From positions 1 through 64,000 of the forward strand of contig JABIGM010000041.1 of the NCBI GenBank assembly GCA_018650165.1: DNA of 64,000 nt, read 5' to 3'. The notes beneath the pieces are model-generated. The model saw nothing but the letters and a program-made list of their open reading frames with translations. It had not been told where the DNA came from and did no database searches. This DNA is from Methanobacteriota archaeon. Lineage in GTDB: Archaea > Thermoplasmatota > Poseidoniia > Poseidoniales > Poseidoniaceae. The position numbers and the translations under genes were made by a program. Positions 59,669 to 64,000 of this stretch are shown here, piece after piece; position 1 is the stretch's first letter; every line of letters starts with the position of its first letter.

Positions 59669-61532
59669 GTGGTATTCGCATCGCAGTAGGCCTTCCATGC
59701 ACACAAGCCCAAGGGTTTGGAATTCGACGCATATCATCTAGGAGTCTTCGCATTTGTGCGATATTCAATCTTTCATTTGCTTTGACTGCTCCACGACAAG
59801 CATTGAGGAATGCGAGGTGATCTTTACGCTGCTCCACAGTTTCTAGTGGTGCTCCATCTTCGCTCATATCGAGTAAAATATCGTGTATGAATGGCTCTAA
59901 TTCATTGGCTGAAAGTAATGCAGGTGCGCTATTTATAGAAAACCCACCGTTGGTGGGCTCTATGACAAAACCCATTGCTGTCAAATCATCGATACGAGCT
60001 TCTAATCTCGCAATTTGTCTAGCATCCAATTCTAGTGGAACCGAACTAATACGCTCTTGGGCCTGCCAAAGGCTCTCATCATGACGCAATCTTTCGTATC
60101 GGACTCTTTCATGAAGTGCGTGTTGGTCAATTAGGAGTAATTCTTCATCGGCTTGAACTAGAATGTACGAATCAGCGAATTGTGCTAGGGGCTCCATTGC
60201 AGGGAGGTCGTTGATTACTGGGCCTAGCGGTTCAGAATTCTCAGGGTCTTCTGCATTAAATCCTGCATGCCGATGTAACTCCCTTTCACCACTTGAAAGG
60301 GCAGGTGACACTGCTTTCAATCCAGTAATTGTGGTCTGTGAAGATTCAGATACCGATACCGGTCTTGCCTTTTCGGTGATGTTGACTTCCACCGGTTTCT
60401 CCCCCGAAAGAGAAATTTGTGCAGTTTGTGCCCAAGCGGGCTTCTCGACATTCCTTTTTTCAGTTGTTTGTGGAGCTAAGGACGTAATTCCAGTGATTCC
60501 TCCACTGGATTCCGGCTCAGTAGGAGTTGATTCCAATGTGTGTGCGATTGCTCGTTCCAGCCTTTCCAAGACCCGCCAAGAGTGTCTTAGCCTTACTTCT
60601 CGCTTTGTGGGATGAACATTCACATCAACTTCATCAGGTGGTAATTCAAGCAACAGAACCGCAACAGGATGTCTTCCTTGCATTAATCTAGTTCTGTAAC
60701 CTCTGCGTATTGATTGTAAAAAAGGTTGAGCGGCGACTGGTCTACCATTAATCAAAATATGAATGTCATCGCCTTTTCCTCTTGTGATATCAGGCGTAGA
60801 GATCCATCCGCGCCAATTCTCATCTCCTGGTGCATCATCATCGCTCGAAGGAGATGAGATTTCAATCATCCTTCCTGCCTGACGGCCTAAAATATCGTAG
60901 AGCCTGTCTTCCATTTCATCGACGGCAGGAACTTCAAGAATGATTTTTTCATCACTTACTAACCGAAATCCCACTTCTGGATGACTGATTGCATGTGAAA
61001 CAACAACATCGACAATTCGACTGGTTTCTGTGGCGGGACGTCGTTGAAAGGCAAGCCTTGCTGGTTGGTTAATGAAAATGTGTGAGACCTCAATACAGGT
61101 CCCCTCAGCAATTCCTGCAGGTTCGGTCTTGCCTTTGTCACCATTGTCCATTACAATTCTGCACCCCTCGGTCCCGAGAGGGCGGCTAGATATCGATAAT
61201 TTACTGACCATTCCAATACTAGCTAATGCTTCCCCACGAAACCCTAAGGTACCAATTGCAGCTAAATCAGCCTGACTTCTCAGTTTGCTTGTAGCATGCC
61301 TGTCCAATGCCAATGGTAGGTCTTCTGAATGTATACCAGAGCCATCATCAAGAATCCGTATCAAATCAAAGCCCCCTCGCTCGACATCGATTGTAATTTT
61401 ATTAGCACCGGCATCTATCGAATTTTCAATTAATTCCTTTACTACCTGTGCAGGCCTTTCAACGACTTCTCCGGCTGCAATGTGCCCAATTGTCCTTTCA
61501 TCGAGTTGAATTATACGGGGCTGTTCTCTCAT
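59631..61532 (-). CDS. mutL: DNA mismatch repair endonuclease MutL
   Basis: IAAGEVVERPAQVVKELIENSIDAGA, HATSK, GFRGEALASI, DVNVHPTKREV; endonuclease motifs DQHALHERVRYE, ACR and CVHGRP. Confidence 0.97.
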   Translation of the reverse strand: MREQPRIIQLDERTIGHIAAGEVVERPAQVVKELIENSIDAGANKITIDVERGGFDLIRILDDGSGIHSEDLPLALDRHATSKLRSQADLAAIGTLGFRGEALASIGMVSKLSISSRPLGTEGCRIVMDNGDKGKTEPAGIAEGTCIEVSHIFINQPARLAFQRRPATETSRIVDVVVSHAISHPEVGFRLVSDEKIILEVPAVDEMEDRLYDILGRQAGRMIEISSPSSDDDAPGDENWRGWISTPDITRGKGDDIHILINGRPVAAQPFLQSIRRGYRTRLMQGRHPVAVLLLELPPDEVDVNVHPTKREVRLRHSWRVLERLERAIAHTLESTPTEPESSGGITGITSLAPQTTEKRNVEKPAWAQTAQISLSGEKPVEVNITEKARPVSVSESSQTTITGLKAVSPALSSGERELHRHAGFNAEDPENSEPLGPVINDLPAMEPLAQFADSYILVQADEELLLIDQHALHERVRYERLRHDESLWQAQERISSVPLELDARQIARLEARIDDLTAMGFVIEPTNGGFSINSAPALLSANELEPFIHDILLDMSEDGAPLETVEQRKDHLAFLNACRGAVKANERLNIAQMRRLLDDMRRIPNPWACVHGRPTAMRIPLNALDHHFGRHG

Positions 61533-64000
61533 TGTCTACCCTCCAATATTCTTTGCAATTCATACAACGCTTCATGGGCTTGTCTAGGACTCAAAGCATC
61601 GGGGTCGATATTTGTAAGTGCGGATTTGAGGGCCTCTCCAAGAGCGTCCTTTTCAACTTTGATTTGAGGCTGTCCAACAAACCCAAGCAATGATGCTTGA
61701 CCAGCACTTCTTGCAGTTGGCGCACCCTTTTCTCCTGCTTTAGCGCCATGTGCTTGTTGTTCAAGGAATCCAAGTAAGTCATTGGAACGCTCAACTACAT
61801 GGCGTGGCAATCCTGCTAAAGCAGCAACCTGCACTCCATATGAATCGTCGCATGGACCATCTGCAACAGTGTGCAGGAATTTCAATTCTCCATCAGATTC
61901 AGCGACCTGGACATGGACATTTACTAGGCCTTCGGCTTCACCTTCTAAGCCAATCAATTGGTGATAATGAGTTGCAAATAAGGTTCTAGCACCGATTCTA
62001 CGACAGATATCTTCAGTCACCGACCAAGCAATAGAAAGTCCATCAAAAGTAGATGTGCCTCTGCCAATTTCATCTAGGAGTAGCAATGATTTTTCTGAAG
62101 AACGTTTGAGGATATGGGCCACTTCCATCATTTCCATCATAAATGTCGAACGTCCTCTTCGAATGTCATCGGAGGCTCCCACTCTTGTGAATATACGATC
62201 TACCATTCCAACTTGAGCACTACTTGCTGGTACGAAAGAACCTGCTTGAGCCAATATCGATAACAAAGCAGCACATCGTAAATGAGTAGATTTACCACCC
62301 ATGTTGGGACCAGTAATCAGTAAAAATCGACGTTTTTTATCTAGGCGGATATCATTTGGAACAAAGCCTGGTTGCGTTTCTAAAACCGGATGACGTACAC
62401 CCTTTGCCACTAACCGATTATCATCATGAATCGTGGGACGGTTCCATGACCGATTTCTTGCAACCTCTGCAAAACATTGCAGAACATCGATTTGAGCAAC
62501 ATTGGAACTGATCATACCTAGGGTTCTAGATTTCTCTTTACACCGGTCTCTAAGATCTCTAAACATATCATATTCCATGCTATTTGCTTTGGATGCGGCA
62601 GTCAGCAACCGGTCTTCCCATTCGATTAATTCATCAGTGATATATCGGCTTCCAGTCGTCATCTGTTGCTTTCGTTTCCATTCTTCTGGAACCTTTGATT
62701 GATGAGTATTTGTAACTTCGATAAACCAACCAATCTGTCGATTATGTTTGACTTTCAGTGATGGTATCTCGAGACGTGCTCTTTCCTGAGATTCGAAATC
62801 TTTGAACCATTTATGGCCGACTGCTGCATCCCTTCTCAATTCATCCAATGTTGAATCAACGCCTTCTCTAATCAAGCCACCATCTCGCAATGAAAGCGGT
62901 TGTTCATCATTCAGATTTGCTTGGATATCTATCCTCATTACTTCTAAAATTTCGAGGTTGGTCGACAGACTACCCAGTAGTGCATCATCCATTTCCTGAC
63001 ATAAGGACTTGAGGCGAGGCATCCGTTCTAATGCCAGGCCTATTGCAACTATGTCACGACTACCAGAACGATTGTACGATAATTGAGTGGCTAACCTTTC
63101 CATGTCGCGAAGTCCACGAAGGCTTGTTCTAATCTCGTCTAGACGGCGAGAAGAACGTGCTAGTGACGCTACGGCATCTTGCCGTGCTTCTATTTCGCCT
63201 TTATGCGCCAAAGGCCTCAGAAGCCATTGTTTGAGCATTCTACGACCCATGGAGGTCTTGCAACTGTCAATAGCGCCAAGAAGAGAGCCTTCCTTCTCTC
63301 CAGCTAAGGTTTGAGTTAATTCGAGATTACGGAGAGTTGTTTGGTCGAGAACCATGTTTCCTTCAGGACGCATGATTTCAACTTCTCTAACATCGACCGT
63401 GTCTACGATGTGCATGGCTGCAAGATAGTCAGCCGCCAATCCTGCAGCATCCATTGCTAAAGGGGAATCATCGAGATCTATATGCCCTAAATCAGCAACC
63501 TCAAGGATGTTTTTCAAGGCATCTTGGCCTTTTCGTTTTGATGAACTATGTTGTGATAGTGTGACACCATCCAGTTGTGAAATGACTTTCCGCACCTCAT
63601 CTCTATCCGCATCCCGTGGAGAAAATATTACTTCACGCGGATTACTTCGTAACAAATCATCAAGCAATCTGTCCCACCTCTCATCTCCATGGTGCTCCAT
63701 TGTCCAGATGTGGCCAGTAGATGCATCGAGTATAGCAAGGCCAACGCCATCTGCTTTTACACAAATAGCCGCCATGCCCACTACTTCATCAGTGCCAATC
63801 AAACTTTCTTCGTATAATGAACCAGGTGTGTATACTCTGGTCACAACACGTTCAAGCAATTTCGCACCTTCTCGTAATTCCTCCTCTTGTTCTGCAACAC
63901 AGACCTTGTGTCCCGCTTGCAACATTTGTCGGAGATTATCTTCCAGTGCGTGCCACGGAAAGCCAGCCATCGGAATTGGCTTCTCGGCTTTCTTGTCCCG
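61529..64000 (-). CDS. mutS: DNA mismatch repair protein MutS (MutS1; 5' end beyond the window)
   Basis: PMAGFPWHA, RVVTRVYTPG, TLRNLEL, GPNMGGKST, DRIFTRVGASD, STFMMEM, DEIGRGTSTFDG, SYGVQVA. Frame stays open to position 64000. Confidence 0.97.
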   Translation of the reverse strand, partial: RDKKAEKPIPMAGFPWHALEDNLRQMLQAGHKVCVAEQEEELREGAKLLERVVTRVYTPGSLYEESLIGTDEVVGMAAICVKADGVGLAILDASTGHIWTMEHHGDERWDRLLDDLLRSNPREVIFSPRDADRDEVRKVISQLDGVTLSQHSSSKRKGQDALKNILEVADLGHIDLDDSPLAMDAAGLAADYLAAMHIVDTVDVREVEIMRPEGNMVLDQTTLRNLELTQTLAGEKEGSLLGAIDSCKTSMGRRMLKQWLLRPLAHKGEIEARQDAVASLARSSRRLDEIRTSLRGLRDMERLATQLSYNRSGSRDIVAIGLALERMPRLKSLCQEMDDALLGSLSTNLEILEVMRIDIQANLNDEQPLSLRDGGLIREGVDSTLDELRRDAAVGHKWFKDFESQERARLEIPSLKVKHNRQIGWFIEVTNTHQSKVPEEWKRKQQMTTGSRYITDELIEWEDRLLTAASKANSMEYDMFRDLRDRCKEKSRTLGMISSNVAQIDVLQCFAEVARNRSWNRPTIHDDNRLVAKGVRHPVLETQPGFVPNDIRLDKKRRFLLITGPNMGGKSTHLRCAALLSILAQAGSFVPASSAQVGMVDRIFTRVGASDDIRRGRSTFMMEMMEVAHILKRSSEKSLLLLDEIGRGTSTFDGLSIAWSVTEDICRRIGARTLFATHYHQLIGLEGEAEGLVNVHVQVAESDGELKFLHTVADGPCDDSYGVQVAALAGLPRHVVERSNDLLGFLEQQAHGAKAGEKGAPTARSAGQASLLGFVGQPQIKVEKDALGEALKSALTNIDPDALSPRQAHEALYELQRILEGRQ

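Overview
Gene-dense (~42% GC by eye) chromosomal segment of an archaeon, most likely Marine Group II Euryarchaeota (Ca. Poseidoniales, Thermoplasmata). The basis is the mix of archaeal core genes (aIF2-gamma, rpS6e, Cdc6/Orc1, Dph2, Hel308, Cgi121, RPA, geranylgeranyl reductase, archaeal pilin) with bacterial-type gyrB-gyrA, mutS-mutL, a class II CCA enzyme and tldD-pmbA, plus many secreted membrane-anchored peptidases and PKD proteins. About 54 CDSs are supported; those at both window edges are truncated. I found no rRNA, tRNA, CRISPR array, integrase or transposase. The best candidate for an undescribed system is a tight operon at 45.3-51.1 kb: a promoter with clustered ANTTTC (UV-box-like) motifs, a possible leader peptide, RPA, an RPA-associated protein, a small protein resembling a phage tail-tube/Dit fold, two TadB/C-type platform proteins and a TadA/VirB11 ATPase. 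A triple-SAP-domain protein lies convergent to it and an orphan type IV pilin lies 6 kb downstream. I infer a DNA-damage-inducible pilus or DNA-exchange apparatus. Other points: a mini-ORB in the cdc6 promoter, several apparent pseudo-enzymes (GcvH without lipoyl-Lys, HemC without catalytic Asp/Cys, degenerate PIMT), a thymidylate kinase-winged-helix fusion, and most convergent gene pairs abutting with zero gap or a 4-nt overlap. All protein calls come from motif recognition by eye, not database searches.
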